A stretch of DNA of 64,000 nt from Guillardia theta CCMP2712 (lineage: Eukaryota > Protista > Cryptophyta): contig NW_005434543.1 of the NCBI RefSeq assembly GCF_000315625.1, positions 55,445 to 119,444 of the forward strand. Reading direction: 5' to 3'. The position numbers and the translations under genes were made by a program. Under the pieces are notes generated by a model. The model saw nothing but the letters and a program-made list of their open reading frames with translations. It made no database searches and was not told the origin of the DNA. Numbering within the stretch: the stretch's first letter is position 1; each line of letters begins with the position of its first letter. Positions 1 to 14,436 of the stretch are shown here, one piece after another.

Positions 1-3000
1 GCACTCTCCAGCACAAGTCGAGCTCACCGGACGAGGCGCATGGACGCGGCCAGCAGGTAGGGCATGTAGGAGAACACGAGCATGAGCGAGATCTCGATCG
101 GGCTCGACGAGAGCTCGCGAAGGTGCTGCCACGTCATCAGCAAGTCCGACCCTCACCCCGCAGCTCTTGCTGGACCCCATCCCCTCCCTCCCTCCCTCCC
201 TCCTCCTCCTCCTCCTCCTCCTCTTCGCACCAGATGCTTGAACGTCAGGGCAGCAAAGAGAGCGCAGGTAACGCCGATGACGATCGAGGCAGTGAAAGTG
301 AAGACAAACTGAACCTGAGCAACAACAGTCGGCATCGGCAACAACCATAACCCATCCTCATGCTCCTCCCCATTCCACTCTCCCTCTCCCTCTCTTCATC
401 CTCCTCCCTCTCCCTCCCCCTCTCCCTCTCTTCATCCTTCTCCTCTGCTTCTACTTACCGGAAAGTGAGCCATGGAATGATGTTCCTGGTTGATGTAATA
501 CTGCGATAGGATGGACTCGAACAGAACGATGGAGACCTGTCCCTTCATGAGAATCTCTCTTCCCTCCTTCGCTCCCTCCCCCACCCCCACCTCCTTCCCC
601 TCCTTATACTGCCTCCTCTTTCCAATCCTTCTCCCTCCTCTCCTCCTCCTTCCATATATTCCTTCCTCACTCCTCTCCACTCCAACTCCCTCCTTCTTAT
701 CTTTATCCCTTGTCCTCCTCTCTTTTCACACCCTCCTCCATTTCTTTCCTCTCACCCTGCTCCATGGCCTCCTGCTGCTACTCCTCCACCTTCTCTTACC
801 GCATCGTTGATGACAGACTCTCCAAAGGCAAGCATGTACAGTGTATGATCCACCTGAAAGAAAATCCATTCATCCTCCTCCCGGTCCTCCTCTTCCTCCT
901 CGTTCTTCTGCTCCTCCCTCCGGTCCTCTTCCACCTCCTCCTCTCCCTCTCCCTCCCCCTCCTTCGGTCCTCCTCCTCTTCCTCCTCCTCCTCCTTCTCA
1001 CAAACACAATCGGAATCATTCCTGCAATTCTTACAACCTGCATCCCTCCTACGGTCTCTCCCCTCCTCCCCCTCACCTTGAGCGCCTGGAAGATCGCAAG
1101 GGTGGCGACAGGATCGGTGGACGCGAGCAACGCTCCATAGATGATGCTGATGAGAAGTCAAACGAGGAGATGAAGGGAGAAGAACTAGGAGGAGGAGGAG
1201 GAGGAGGAGGAGGAGGAGGAGGAGGAGGAGGAGGAGGAGGAGGAGGAGGAGGAGGAGGAGGAGGAAGGAGGAGGAGGAGGAGGAAGGAGGAGGAGCAAGT
1301 TGCGATTGAGTGGAAAGAGGGAGGGGAGCCGGGAAGAGATAGGCAACGGGGGTTCGAAACCTGTTCAAGAATGAAAGTTTGTATACAAGGCCCTGCTGAC
1401 CCAACCAGAAAGTTCCTGCGCCAACAACCATAGCAGAGATGATAGTTCCTGAAAAAGTGTAAGTGAACACAGGAGGAGTAGAAGGAAGAGGAGGAGTAGG
1501 AGTAGGAGGAGTAGGAGTAGGAGTAGGAGGAGGTGGTGGTGGTGGTGGAGGAGGAGGAGGAGGAGGAGGAGGAGGAGGAGGAGGAGGAGGAGGAGGAGGC
1601 TGGAGCAGATGGGTACTGGGCAATGACCTACCGAAAACAGCGAAGACAAGAATGGTGGGGAAGTTCCGGAAGAACGAGGCCTTCTTGAGACAGTAGCCGC
1701 TCTCTATCGAGTAGACAGAAAAGTCAAGAGCGGGAAGAGCGAAGATGAAGCAGGAGTGGCAGAGGGAGAGGGAGAGAGAGGGGGGAAGGGGGCAGAGGGA
1801 AAAAGAAAGGGAGGGAGAGGGGGAGTCAAAAAGTTGGACGGAGTGTGGAAGGAAGAAAGGAGAATGAAGAGGAGGCAGGCGGGCGGGCAGGCGGGGGAGG
1901 AAAAAGCTGAGGAGGGGGAGGAGGGGTTGAGAGATTGAGTAGGATTGGCATACCGAAAAGGATAAGAGGAAGGAAGAAGAGAAAAATCGAGTTTGCGCGA
2001 ATAAAAATAAAGTGCTGGCGCAAGAAATAGTCAGAAAAGCACAACAAGCAAGCCAGGAGAAGAGAAGAGCGGGAAGGCAGGAGAGGAGGAGAAAAAGATA
2101 AAGAGAGGAAGAAGAAAGGAGAGGAGGAGAAGACGGCAGAATAGAGGAGGGGGGAGGAGAGATGGGAGGGAGGAGAAGTGAAAATGAGACCTTATTGTCT
2201 ACTCCCATTATACGTATCATGAGGCCAACGATTGCTCCGATCATGATTGCTGGAGAACATAGTCAAGTTCCACCTCAGCCATTACAAACCATCATGTTTC
2301 ATGAACAGCAGTGAGTAAGAATACCACAAACATACTTACATGCATCCACATCCATACTCACAAACCTAAGTACTAGAGTCCATCCATAGGAAACCATAAA
2401 ATACAAACAGAAAGCCACATGTACAGCATGCATCCAAACAAACATCTGCGCAACTCCCTCGAACGAGTATTTTGGTCATCACCTGAGATAGAGTCTGGCA
2501 AGAACTTGAACCTTGACAAGTTGATCATGTAGATGAAGATTGTGCAGATGCCCACGAGAGAAAGAGCGAAAACCACTCCCCATGACTCGTTATACAACTT
2601 CTTAGGCTCGTGCGAGCAGTCGATACCACTGTAGCCTGGCCCAACAAGACATGAGAAGAGGGAAGAAGTACAAGGAGCCAACAACACCATGTCATCAACA
2701 AGGTAGAACAACAGTCGACACCCTCAACTTCAACTCATCATAACCCAGGACTAGACCCTCCCAACATCACACAACATCTACTCAGCCTCGATTTCTCTTC
2801 CTCATACCTGTCTGGCAGGTGCAGATACCCGTCTTGAGATCGCAAACCCCGTTGGGATGTGTGCAGTTGTCAGGGCACTGAACCTGAGAGCAGTCCAACC
2901 CGCCAAACCCCTTGTCGCAATCGCAAGTTCCGTCTAGGGCATGGCACCTCCCGTGCCCCGAGCAGTCCGCCGGGCACAACTGGGTAGCACAGTAGTGACC

Positions 3001-3294
3001 AGTGTATCCTGCCTCGCACGCGCAAGAAGCCTCCAGGTTCCTCTCCTCGCAGTGGCCGTGTCCTGTGCAGTTGCGAGGACAGAACTGACTCTCGCACGGC
3101 CCAGTGACCGGGAAGCGAGTGCATCCTTGCCCGAAGAGCGCGGGTATACACGCCTGCATTATACCAAGTCAGGGAAGGGAAGGAAAGAAGGAGCAGGAGA
3201 GCTGCACGGAGGATAGTACAGAAGGGGCAGAGGAGAGCGAAAAGGAGGAGGACGAGGAGGAGGACGAGGAGGAGGACGAAAATGAGCTGGAGCG

Positions 3295-3340
<46 letters not shown>

Positions 3341-3597
3341 AAGTAGGACTCGGAGACCTCATAATAGACAGTCTTCTTGCAGTCGTTGGTAGTGTCCGCA
3401 AGGTTCATGAAGGGCCTGTCGAGGAGATGCTGGAGATCGAGGGAGGATGAAGCTACGGATGAGGACGAATGCTTCGCCAGCAGTCTCTTCACTGAGTCAC
3501 TCTTATGACCGTCTACCTCCCCGCACACGAGGAGCGCTGAGAGTATGAGAAGAGCCTTGCAGCCCCAGGTAGCATCGCGGTACCGCGCGAGTCTCAT
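1..3597 (-). CDS. Na+/H+ exchanger (CPA1, NHE8/NHX-like) with N-terminal signal peptide and EGF/tenascin-like repeats; multi-exon, 3' end runs off the window
   Basis: Exon translations give the NHE motifs ESGYCLKKASFFRNFPTILVFAVFG, GALLASTDPVATLAIF and LAFGESVINDAV. The exon at ~2810-3160 has repeated C-P-x-x-C-x-G-H-G-x-C...C-x-C-x-x-G-[YF]-x-G-x-x-C units. The N-terminus at ATG 3597 is hydrophobic. Confidence 0.85.
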
Positions 3598-4535
3598 CCC
3601 CTCAAGATATCTTAGCTCCCTTGGGGTGGCTCCTGCCCTGGCTGTCTACCCTTCACCTTCCTTCAACCTGAACCAACAACTCTGCTCGCTGGTAAGGAAA
3701 CGACCTGCCGAGACGTCAGCATGGCGAAGCGATGAACAAACATGGAAGCTCGAAGGCATCGACATCATCCTTCATGTACCCTTACGTCGTTCAACTCAGC
3801 GCTACCATTCTGTCTACCACTCCCTCCGATACGCCTGTCCCTCTCGTGACCTGCGGGCTTGATGAAGCTCTATCCTGAACATTGCATACGTGCGATGGGC
3901 CGCGTCAATTTGCAAGCTTCTATCCATACATTACGCAGTGATGTTATCTTGTGCCGGAATTTGTTACACAACTTGCTATCTTCTCAATCGCCTCCCAGGA
4001 TCCTTGTGTGTGCTGTTCAATACTCCAACTTCGAGCCTTGGTTCTCACCCTCTCATCCTTTGATCTGACACATCAGCTTGCACGCATCTCCTCAGAGTTG
4101 ATCGATCCTTCCCTCCTCATCCTCCCCTCCTCCCCTCTCTCGCTCCCCTCCCCATCCCTCTCTTCATCCTCCACTACGACGCCACGTACGCATTTTCATC
4201 CCTCCCTCCACAAATAGAGGCTAGTTTTAAAATGTTTTACTCAATAATTTAATATTGGTTTTCTTCAAATGCTGTAGGGGCTCCCTGCAGTACTAGTACA
4301 TTCTATTCCTTATAACTGTAAAAGTTTATTTATGGTATTGTAGTGGGTGTTTTTAATTTTAAAACAAGGTTGTACTGCTTATAGAAAATGATTTTTGAAA
4401 AAGATTAGCTAATTCATTTAATCCAGATCTTTTCAAACAGTTTCTAAAATGATTCCGATAATTCTCGGCTAAATATTCAAAGTTTCATGGACAGTTTTGC
4501 ACCATGAAATTGTAAAGTCGGGGGAGCGCAGGAAA

Positions 4536-6722
4536 ATGGAGGAGATTGAGCACCTGGATCAAGAGATCAGAAAGGCATGCAAGCAGATCGAAAAGGAGAT
4601 GGACGAGGTAAAACCTTCACTTCTCCTCCTTCTCCTCCGCCGCCACCACCACCACCTCCTCCTCCTCCTCCTCCTCCTCCTACTCCTCCTACTCCGCCTC
4701 GGCCACCATTACCTCCTCCTCCTCCTCCTCCTCCTCCTCCGCCACCACCACCACCACCACCACCACCTCTTGCTCATTCCGACCAACGCCAACATCAAAA
4801 CCGACACCAACACTCCATCAACTCCCTCCGACATCCTTCTCCTCCATCACCACCACCGTCATCGTCGTCCTCGTTGTCGTCTGCATCGTTGCCATAGTCA
4901 TCATGCTTATCAGAATGTTGTGCCATTGACCACAACCTCCTCCAATACCACCTCCTCCCCTCCACCACCACCGCCACCACCACCCTCCGGCATCCTCATC
5001 CTCTTTATAGTCCACTGTCGCTTCGCTTTCGCGCTTGTTCTTGTTCTCGCAAATCCTCCTTGCCCGTTGAAGCTACTTGCAAACTGTGGCTTTCTAGCTC
5101 TTCTCTGTGCTTGCATGTATCAGAGCTGCTAAGGGTTTGTTGTCTAAATGGAGCATTTGAGTTTTGATATCAACTATGATCGACTTCGAGTCCTGCCCCT
5201 CTCCTGTTGCAGATGATGCTTTCTTTGCCGTTGATTCTGTGAAATATCGAAGTCATCACATATCAATTGATCATCCAGCCGTGATGTTAGTTTCTGTAGT
5301 TCTCAGTCTAGTCATGCTCCTCTTGGTCAACGGGTCTAAAGAAATGATCAGGTGTCAAAGCCGAAGTCAAAGCTTTCAAGAAGACAGAAGGAGGACAAAG
5401 TGAGTGAACTGCTAGCAAATGCAGGTAAACATGTCTACAAGTAGATTGTTTGTATGAATGATGTTTTCCCTCGAAGCGCGGGCAAAAGATTCATACTCAA
5501 GCTTTCGTGTCGAGCTCAGGCATGAGAGCTTTTGCGCAGGATTTCATCCATTGAGCTTATCATGCAGAGAAATCCTAAAGGAGAAGGGGATGGTGTCTTA
5601 CACTGAGTGGGAAAAGAAAGGACACGAACATCATCGAAAAATATACAAGTAAACAGTGACACCACATAACAAATATCTGACTTGCTTGTCAAGAATCCAG
5701 CAGGAGCTTGAAAGTCTTCAAAAACAAATACAAAATGCTCCCAAGTATGATAGACGGGTACACAAGTTGAGAAGTGATATGCTATGCTGCTCTACAGGGA
5801 TGCTGGGGATAGGGATGCCAAGGACATCAATACATGGGAAGCAAAAGAGATAATAGAAGAAGGGAAGAAAGTTCAGGTGAATAGAATTCCGCATTCTAAG
5901 ACTTGCATTCCGATGACACGTCTCCCCAGAATGAAAGCGCCAAGGCTTTATCGAGGTAGAGATAGAATTTCTTCATCTTGAGCCTTAGCTCTCCGTATTT
6001 TAGGTCACAAAAACTGATGGAGGAGTCGGAAACAATAGCCAAAGACACAAACTTGGCTTTGAAAAATCACACAGAACAAATGAAAGCGACTAACGCAGAT
6101 ATAAGTACAGTTAATGTGGGTCCATTGCCATTTTGCTGATGTTTGTTCTTTGCTCAGCTGAAGTGAGTGAAGATCTACGAAGAGCGAACCAAGTTCTAAG
6201 ACAAATATCTCGAAGAATAGCCAGGTACAAAGACTTTGTAATTCGAGCCCTCCAACGCATGCTTTCAACATTATGTCTCATTTCTCTTGTTGCCTTTTTT
6301 AACGGATATCCTTAGCGACAAAATGATTCTTTGCCTAATCCTTATTCTGGTGAGATGAGAGATCTTCTGAACCTGAATGTTGTCATGTTTGCCTCACCAC
6401 AGATTGTCGCCATCCTCGGAATTGTCATCGCAAAGGGCATGGGGAAGCTATCAGGTTTGCATTACAGCGCCGAACAGAACGAAGTCGACTGATCAATTGG
6501 TCAGGTGGATCTAGTGGTACATCCCCTATCGATTGCTCCCTCGATTTCACCAAGACAACAAGTGCCTGTCTGAGTGCAAGGGCGGTAAGCTTCTTTCTGT
6601 GTTCTTCTGCGTCATGCTTACGTGACTTTGAGACTACTGCTCCTATCTCCACACCTGCTCCTGGAGGGAGGCGAAGCTCAGATACAGGTGATGATCTGTT
6701 TCTTCCATTGGATCCTTCCTGA
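4536..6722 (+). CDS. Qb-SNARE, NPSN/Vti1-like; multi-exon (3' end approximate)
   Basis: Helical N-terminal exons (MEEIEHLDQEIRKACKQIEKEMDE), then a SNARE heptad region (QKLMEESETIAKDTNLALKNHTEQMK...EVSEDLRRANQVLRQISRRIA), then DKMILCLILIL...IVAILGIVIA as a C-terminal transmembrane anchor. Confidence 0.65.
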
Positions 6723-6799
6723 AATCGCTTGAAGAATCTATATCACTTCGTTTCAAGTCGGAATCTGTTCTATCAAATGGAGGACGAAAATCGACATGA

Positions 6800-7620
6800 A
6801 TTTTGTATTATATGGTTGAGCGACAGCCTACAACTCCCATTGTGAGATAGATGTGAAATTACCCATGTTCGCCCTTTCTATTGTTTTGTAATGTTTTCTT
6901 CAACTTGAAGTTGTCCAGCACACTTTAAGAAATACTTTTCTATCTACACTAAATCAGACAAGTACTCTAACATCCTTAGAATTTGCCAAATGTAACGTCT
7001 TAAGAGCAACAGCATCATTTGATAGAGGCCATGAAGACCTTTTCTAGCTCCCTTGTCGCATGCAGCATCATTTGTTGTAACTGATTCATGTTCGATTCAG
7101 TTGCAAGTGAGTACGACAGAAGATAAGATACCCCATGCTTCCTTGTAGAGTTGTATTCAGCTCGCAACTCTTCACGCTGGAGTTGATCTTGCACTAAAAT
7201 AAGTTGTTGCTCTTCTGTTCTATCAAGTTCACTGCAGAAAACATTGGAGATTAGAACAGGTACTGTGACTTACATAAAAAGACACTACTGCATATCTTTC
7301 TTCAGTAGTTCAAGTTCGTTGGTCAAGAACTGCTCCAATCTTGTGAAAAGCTCTGCATATGATTGTGGTCCCACATCTTCTTGGACACTTTGCATGGTCG
7401 TATCCTCACTGGAACAAAGAAATCATTTGCAGAAGAAAGAAATTGTCCTGGATCATGAAAGAAGATATCGAACTATCAATATGTTCGGTGACGCATTGCA
7501 CACAACAGTTGATTGCCCAAGAACAACAAAAAATACAGATGATGTCAAAAAATAATTATTAGAGGAGACACGAAGACTGATGTTGTTTTGCCGCATCTCT
7601 CGCATCATCTTACCATGTTT
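6800..7620 (-). CDS. possible small multi-exon hypothetical coiled-coil protein (boundaries approximate)
   Basis: Minus-strand segments read EQFLTNELELLKKDMQ and ELDRTEEQQLILVQDQLQREELRAEY between GT-AG-like boundaries. No family recognised. Confidence 0.25.
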
Positions 7621-7728
7621 CGGCACCCGAGCCTGGGTCTGTCATTGTCCGCAAGTTTGTGGCGAAATGGCGGGCGGGAACTGGGGCTCTGGGGCGGACC
7701 CGTGGAACCACTTAGTTCAGGATCATAC

Positions 7729-8530
7729 ACTGATTTTTAACTTAACTTTGAGTAAAACTGATCGCCGAGTCGGACAGTGTCACTGATGAGTGGACTCAGG
7801 TGGCGGCCCCGGGCCGGCCGGGTGGCCGGGCCGGGGCCCGCGGCCCGGTAGTCGGAGTCACACCGTCTGACTGTCCCAAGCCTTCAACTGAATCATACTG
7901 AGTCACTCGAGTCCTGCCGGGCCCGGGGGCGCCCGGCCCCGGGCCCGGGCATGTGATGATCCATTACACTGGCCTGACTAACGGTCACTGATCGGACGTC
8001 AAGTTTCCTGATCGGACTGACTTTGTGAGCCGGCAGTGAGTGACTCAGCCGCCGCCCCGGCGCCCGGCGCACTGCCCCCGGCCCCGCGGGCCCGGCGACC
8101 CCGCGGCCGGCCGGGGCCGGGGGCCGCCGCCTGGCACTGTCATTCCGGCCAGTGTCGGAGGCTGCCCAGGCTGGCACCGTCGCCGCAGTGGCACGGGGCG
8201 CGCGCAGCCACCGGGCGGGCACTGGCACTGACGCGGGGCCCCCGTCACCGGGTCGCCGCCGAGTGACTTGCCAGCCGCCGGGCCGCGCAGCGGCCCGCCG
8301 CCCGGCGCCCCCGGCCTTGGGCGGAGTAGTAAATTTTCAGATGAGCAAGAGCAGCAGGTAGACGTCCGATCCCCCACCGAGCTCCGGATGTCCTCCTGGG
8401 CCGTAGTGCCATAGCCTACGCGCCGATTCTACTCAGTCAGCGTCCGAAAGGGCCGGGCCAGTACTTGCTTCGGAAGTTCACGGTAACTTTTAAGCCGGGC
8501 CTACTAGGCTACTGCCGGGCTACACTGAAA
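7729..8530. repeat. GC-rich intergenic module (copy 1) preceded by the 27-bp motif ACTGATTTTTAACTTAACTTTGAGTAA
   Basis: Dense CCGG/GGCC/CAGTG/TGACTCA words. The 27-mer at 7729-7755 is the exact reverse complement of 57772-57798. Confidence 0.6.
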
Positions 8531-8938
8531 AGTCATCAGGCATCGGGAAGTCCGACCCAGTCACTGTAATGGCGGGAGAGAGGAGGGAGGGGAGAGGAGG
8601 GGATGACTTGGAAGGGCTGTGAGGTGACTTGGAGCCTGATGCGAGAAGAAGAAGTGACAGTGAGATCGTCTGAGTGAGAAGAACAAGACTGTATCAAAAA
8701 TACTTGAGTTGTTTCGCTCAGAAGCGTCTCAATCAATCTTTCATGCTTGACAAGAAGGGAGCAGAACTTGCCTTGGTCGTCACAGTTCGACGGGATGCGG
8801 AGGTTCTGACGTGCGGGTTTCACGTGACCACACGTATCATATGACTGCATATGCTGTGAAGGTGTGAAGAACAGAGCTTGGAGGATTGTTTCTTTGAACA
8901 AGAGTTTCAGTTATTGAAACGCTTGTTAAGTTTGAACC

Positions 8939-11900
8939 ATGAGCAGTGCAAGTTATGACTTCATCACACTTCTGATGAGAGATAAGAACCATCCCGAGAA
9001 AGAACAGGTAAGACAGAAGTTCTTCTTCGATTCTCATCAACCTTGTTTGATTGAGACCCACGTCTTCCAGTGCCTGCTCACCGACGAGCTGAAAGATTTT
9101 CAAGACAAGGTGTTTCGATCTGCAACCAGGGTTGTGTGCAAAGCGTTGAAGAAGTATGTGATCCTATCACACGAGCGGCAGAATCGAGACGATGCCTTGC
9201 AGGAAAAGATTCGGGGCATCATACGAAACAAGGGAAGGAAGAAGAGTGGATCTCAGCAAGAAAAAATCTCCTTGTGCAGAGCGAAGAAGCAGAGTCGATT
9301 TCACCTCCACCTTGAACTGGATGATCCTGAAGACGTTGAGGAGGAGTCATACACCTTCATCAAGACTCTTGTTCAGCCGCTCAAGTCGTACAAGAGTGAG
9401 AGCAACCCTGTGATTGACATCGTCAAAGAAGGCAACGTGAAGCTTCTGAAAGAAATGATTGCCAGGAGCAAGAAGAGCGTCGCCAAGCCGAAGCTCAACC
9501 GCGGCAAATCCTCTTCCCTCCTCCTCATGTCGTCTCCAGTAGCACAGAAGCAGAGGAGGTTTTCGCTGCCCGGCATGCACGATGACAGCCCCTTGAGCAG
9601 ACTGATAAACCAGCGAGACGCGTACGGGAGGTCTGCTTTCACCACAGCCCTCGAGCATCGAAACTGGGAGTGCGCCAAGATCCTCATGGAAGAAGACAAG
9701 ATCGATATGTCAGTCGTCGACATCTCGGGCAACACAGCTCTGCATCTGCTGCTGGGATCTGACGAGCACGACAAGTGGCAGGACATTTTGCAGTCGATGA
9801 TACAGCACCACTTCATGGACGTCAACGCTCGTAACCGTGAAGGCACCACTCCCCTCATGATCGCTGCGTCCAACCCAGACGTCGAGACCTACGAGGAGGG
9901 AAGTCTCATGGAGACTCTTGTCGCCCTCAAGGCGAACCCGCTCCTCACTGACCTCGGCAAGAGGACAGCTCTTGACTACGCGGCTTCCAGCGGCAACCTC
10001 AAGAACCTGGAGCGGTTGATACGGCTGATGCGGCTCTCCCAAGAGCAGCTTGACGGAGTTCTCTTCAACCTCGTCGACAGCCCTCAGGCGGCTCAGATGC
10101 GGACGTTCGAGTTCCTGGTGCACCAAGGAGCGTCGCTCGCGTGCAAGAAGAAAGGTGACTCGCTGCTCAACGCGGCGGCGAGGAACAATCAGCTCAGATG
10201 CCTCGCCCTCCTCCTCGAGCGACTGCCGAGAGCCGAGCTCAAGTATCGCAACCCCAAGGGCTTCTCAGCCCTGCACTCGGCAGTTGCATTGGGTCGTCAG
10301 GAGGCAGCAGAGCTGATCATGAACAAGATGTTTCCCCCGGAGACCCCCAAGTCGTCTCGCCGCGAGGACAAGCAGCGCGGTGAGGGAGCAAGGAGAAGAG
10401 GAGAGTTCTCCGACATGATAGACGACAAGCTCATAGAGGCTGCCGTGCAGTCCAACTCCGCCAAGATCATCTTGAACTCTCTCCAGACGGCTCCCCAGCT
10501 CAAGAACGTGGAGATCAATGTCGACAAAGACCTGCCTGAGTCCTGGCGAGCCAAGTTCGGAGAGGACTTCTCGGAGGAAGAGGTTCGAGACAACATCGCC
10601 ACCATCTTCAAGCTCATCGACACCGACGGCAGTGGCTCCATCACCGTCGACGAGATGATCGGGGGGCTGCAGCGTCAGGGGATTTTCCTGAGCATGACGG
10701 CAGCCAAGGACCTGATCGCGTCCATGGACGTGGACGGGACGGGAGAGATCGAGCTCAGCGAGTTCGAGAGCGCAATCAAGGGAGGGCTGAAGCGACGAAC
10801 AAACCTCCTGTGCTGGAGCATCAGCAACCGTTTCACCGACGTCGTGGAGTACCTGCTGGACATCGGAGCCGATGTCAACAGGACGGATCCCGGCGGGGAG
10901 AAGATGTCTCCTCTCATGCTCGTTATCTCCTGCCTATCTCTGTCCTCCTGGTCCCAGTACGCCATCAAGAGCATCATCCAGGAGGACTCGGACTCCCTCG
11001 CGCTCTCTCTCGGCGACGTCTCCTCCATCACCTCCATGACGAAGCCGCAGATCTGCGCGTCGGTCGAGTTGCTCAAGGACATGAGAGGAAACCCCCTCAA
11101 GTCCCCGTCGGGAAAACCTCTCTTCACCAGGAACCCTTGGAGGTCTCCTCCTTCCTCCTTCCCTGTGCCGTGCTGTGATATTCTTCTCCTCTCCTCTCCT
11201 CTCCTCTCCTCTCCTCTCCTCTCCTCTCCTCTCCTCTCCTCTCCTCTCCTCTCCGCTCTTCTCCGCTCCTCTCCTCTCCGCTCCTCTCCTCTCCTCTCCT
11301 CTCCTCTCCTCTCCTCCCCTCCGCTCTTCTCCGCTCTTCTCCGCTCTTCTCTCCTCTCCTCTCCTCTCCTCTCCTCTCCTCTCCCCTCCCCTCTTCTCCC
11401 CTCTCCTCTCCTCTCCTCTCCTCTCTTCTCTTCTGGTCTCCTCCCCTCCCCTCTCCTCTCCTCTCCTCCCCTCTCCTCTCCTCTCCTCCCCTCTCCTCTC
11501 CTCTCCTCTCATGTCTCCTCTCCTCTCATGTCTCCTCTCCTCTCATGTCTCCTCTTCTGCCTCTCTCTCATGTTTGACTGCAAGTTCCGCAGCTTCTCCT
11601 GGAACGGGCTCAAGGCGATTTGCTCCTCCAAGAACTCTGACCTGAGCAAGCAGATCGAGTCCTACACCAAGGAGCTGGAGGACTACAAGGAGATCTACCT
11701 CCTCCTCCTCCGCTGCCCTGCCCTTGACCTCGACCTCGAGGTGCGAGGCAAGACGGCGGCAGCCCTAGCAGCGCAGTATAAGAACTGGATGGTGTACGAG
11801 GACCTGATGGAGATGGGGGCAAGCTCGTTTCACCCGTCCGTCCTTTACGCCCTCGCAGTCTCAAACTCTGAGAAGCGACTGCGCGAGAGTATCGCACTAG

Positions 11901-14387
11901 CGCAGGAGGGCGCCTTGACCGAGGCGGCGGTACAAGACATCTTCGACGCGACCTGCGAAGCAGGAGGAGTGGAGTGCGCGTGGGTGCTGCACGAGTTCAC
12001 GGTGAGGAAGGGCTGGAGAATCGTGAGGCCCGGGCATCTGAAGCAGGTGGTGCAAGCGGGGCAGAGCTGGATCATCGACCTGGTGTCGCACTTCGATCGC
12101 AGCCGGGAGTCGCTTGGGGTTGCGCTGATCGAGAGCATCAGCCATGGCGACCTCAAGTGCTTCAAGAAGCTTCTCGAGATCAAGGCTGACCCCAACTTCG
12201 AGCCTGCTTCAGCTGGGGAGCACCGCTGCCCTCTGACGATAGCTGGGAGTCTGTGGTGTCGGAACGGGTCGATGAATCACCTTGAGATGATCTTGGAGCT
12301 GATCAACAAGCAAGCAGACTTGCTCCGATGCGACGAGGACGGGAGGAACGTGGTCTCTTGGGCCTGCGTCAAGGGGCACGAGCGGCTGCTGCGGACGAGC
12401 ATCAGTGCCCTGAGGTCACGAGCAGTGAGCAAGGTGGAGGAGGCGATCAACCTCAAGGACAAGAATGGCAAGACTCCCCTCATGCATGCTGTGCTCGCCT
12501 GCAGCAGTGGTTGTGTCCAGCAGGTCCTACAGGCAGGAGCGGACGCAAACGTCCTGTCGACTCCTTGCGAGGAAGGCGACATCCCGATGACCGCCCTCGC
12601 CTACGTCACCAGCATGGCTCAGGACGCCGCGCCTGAGTTCCTCCTCCCGCTGGTGCGATGCACGGACAGGCTTGACCTGAGGGACGCGTGTGGGGACTCG
12701 TTCGTGACCTGGGCAGCTCGCTGGGGCCACGCGGACGCGTTTCGGCTGGTGCTGGAGAAGGGGGAGGGAGCGATCGGGCTGTATGAGCCGGACGCGGGAG
12801 GGCTCTCGGCGCTGGAGTTGGCGTGCATGGCGAGGCATCGCAGCATCTGCAAGATGATCGTCGACACGTGGGACATGCGGAGGACGACTCCTGACTCGGT
12901 CAAGAACAGCGAGTACGCCGGGATCTCCCTGCTCCAACGCTGCCTCGACTACGACTGGCCTGACGTGCTGCTGTCGCTGATCAAGAACCTCTGCCCCTTC
13001 GATAAGGACCACCCGGTCGTCAAGCGAGCTGTCTACCACTGCCTCCAGCGCAAGTGGTTCGACTGCCTGCGAGCGCTGCTGCGACCCCCCCGGAGCATCG
13101 ATCCGACCTCGAGGAACGTGATCGAGAGCAGCCCCCTGCTGCTGGCCAGCAGGCGGAACGACGTGGAGGCGCTGCAGGAGCTGCTGAGGGCGAACGTGAG
13201 GGAGCTGGAGATGGCTGTCCTCTGCTGCATCTTCTACGGGTACATGTCCAGCTTCAACCTCCTGTGGAGGACCCCCTCCCTCACCCCCTCCCAAGACTTC
13301 CTCCGAGCTTGCGCCTGCCTAGCCAGCCTCAGGAACAACGTGACGATCCTGCAACAAGTCATCCGGAGAGCCTCGCCCTCCGTCAACATCCACAGCAAGA
13401 GCCCCAAGCTCAGGTTCCTCATGAAGGAGTGGTGCAGCAACCGCGTCCTCATCCGCGACCTCCCGGACCTCCACAGGTACCTCGAGATCGAAGACCCCAG
13501 CGTTCCTCTCCTCTGCGCCGTCAGCCATGGCCACCTCAAGTGCGCCACCCTCCTCCTCGAGTCCAAGGCAGATCCCCTCGTCTCCGACTACCATGGCGTC
13601 TCCGCCATCACCTGGGCCTGTGCCGTCGGCAACATCGACGTGGTGCAGGCTCTGCTCAAGGTGGGAGTGTCGATCAACCTGGAGCCTTGCACGCTCTCCT
13701 TCCAAGAGCTCCGGAGCTTCTACGCCAAGGTGAAGATGCGACAGCTGGGAAGTCTGGCGTACGTGAAGAAGACGAGGCTGGTGGACCTGCTGGAAAACAA
13801 GACCCCGACCATCCACATGTCTCCTCTCTTCGCCGCTCTCATGAAGGGCAACCCCGACGTCGTCAGGCTCCTCATGGAGGCTGGGGCCCGTCGCTCGGAG
13901 CTCGTCTACTGGTGCGAGGGCGCCTTGAAGGTGGATCCTTCTGTCGAGCCCCTCGTCTCCGACATGCTCCTCCTCGCCACCGAGTACGAAGACTTCAAGA
14001 CCTTCGGGCCCTTCGGCAACCCGGCCTACACCATCAACTTCTCTGACGCTCCTCTTGTCCCCTCCTACGGCTCCCTCCACTCCATCATCGTCCAGTTCTC
14101 TGCCACGGAGTGGAAGTTGGAGGCAATCCAGGTGGTGCATCGGGTAAGGCGATCGCGTGCCTGCTGCTGTCTGAAGCTGCTGCAGGTGGACGACGAGTAC
14201 CTGCCCCTCACAGTCCATCACACCTCCTCCTCCCTCGCGGGCAGATTCCTCGAGGCCGGCAACCTTCACCTCGAGCGGTTCGACCTGAGGGAGAACGAGT
14301 TCATCATACAGGTACGTCAGGCTTCTTCTGCTGCTTATTGCCGCCGCCGCTCCTGCCCCTGCCCCTGCTCCTGCTCCTGCTCCTGCC

Positions 14388-14436
<49 letters not shown>

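Noticed and set aside
4215-4495. AT-rich block upstream of the SNARE gene as a possible MITE
   Set aside because: Only a ~10-bp AT-rich inverted match and no target-site duplication or second copy. It is more likely promoter DNA.
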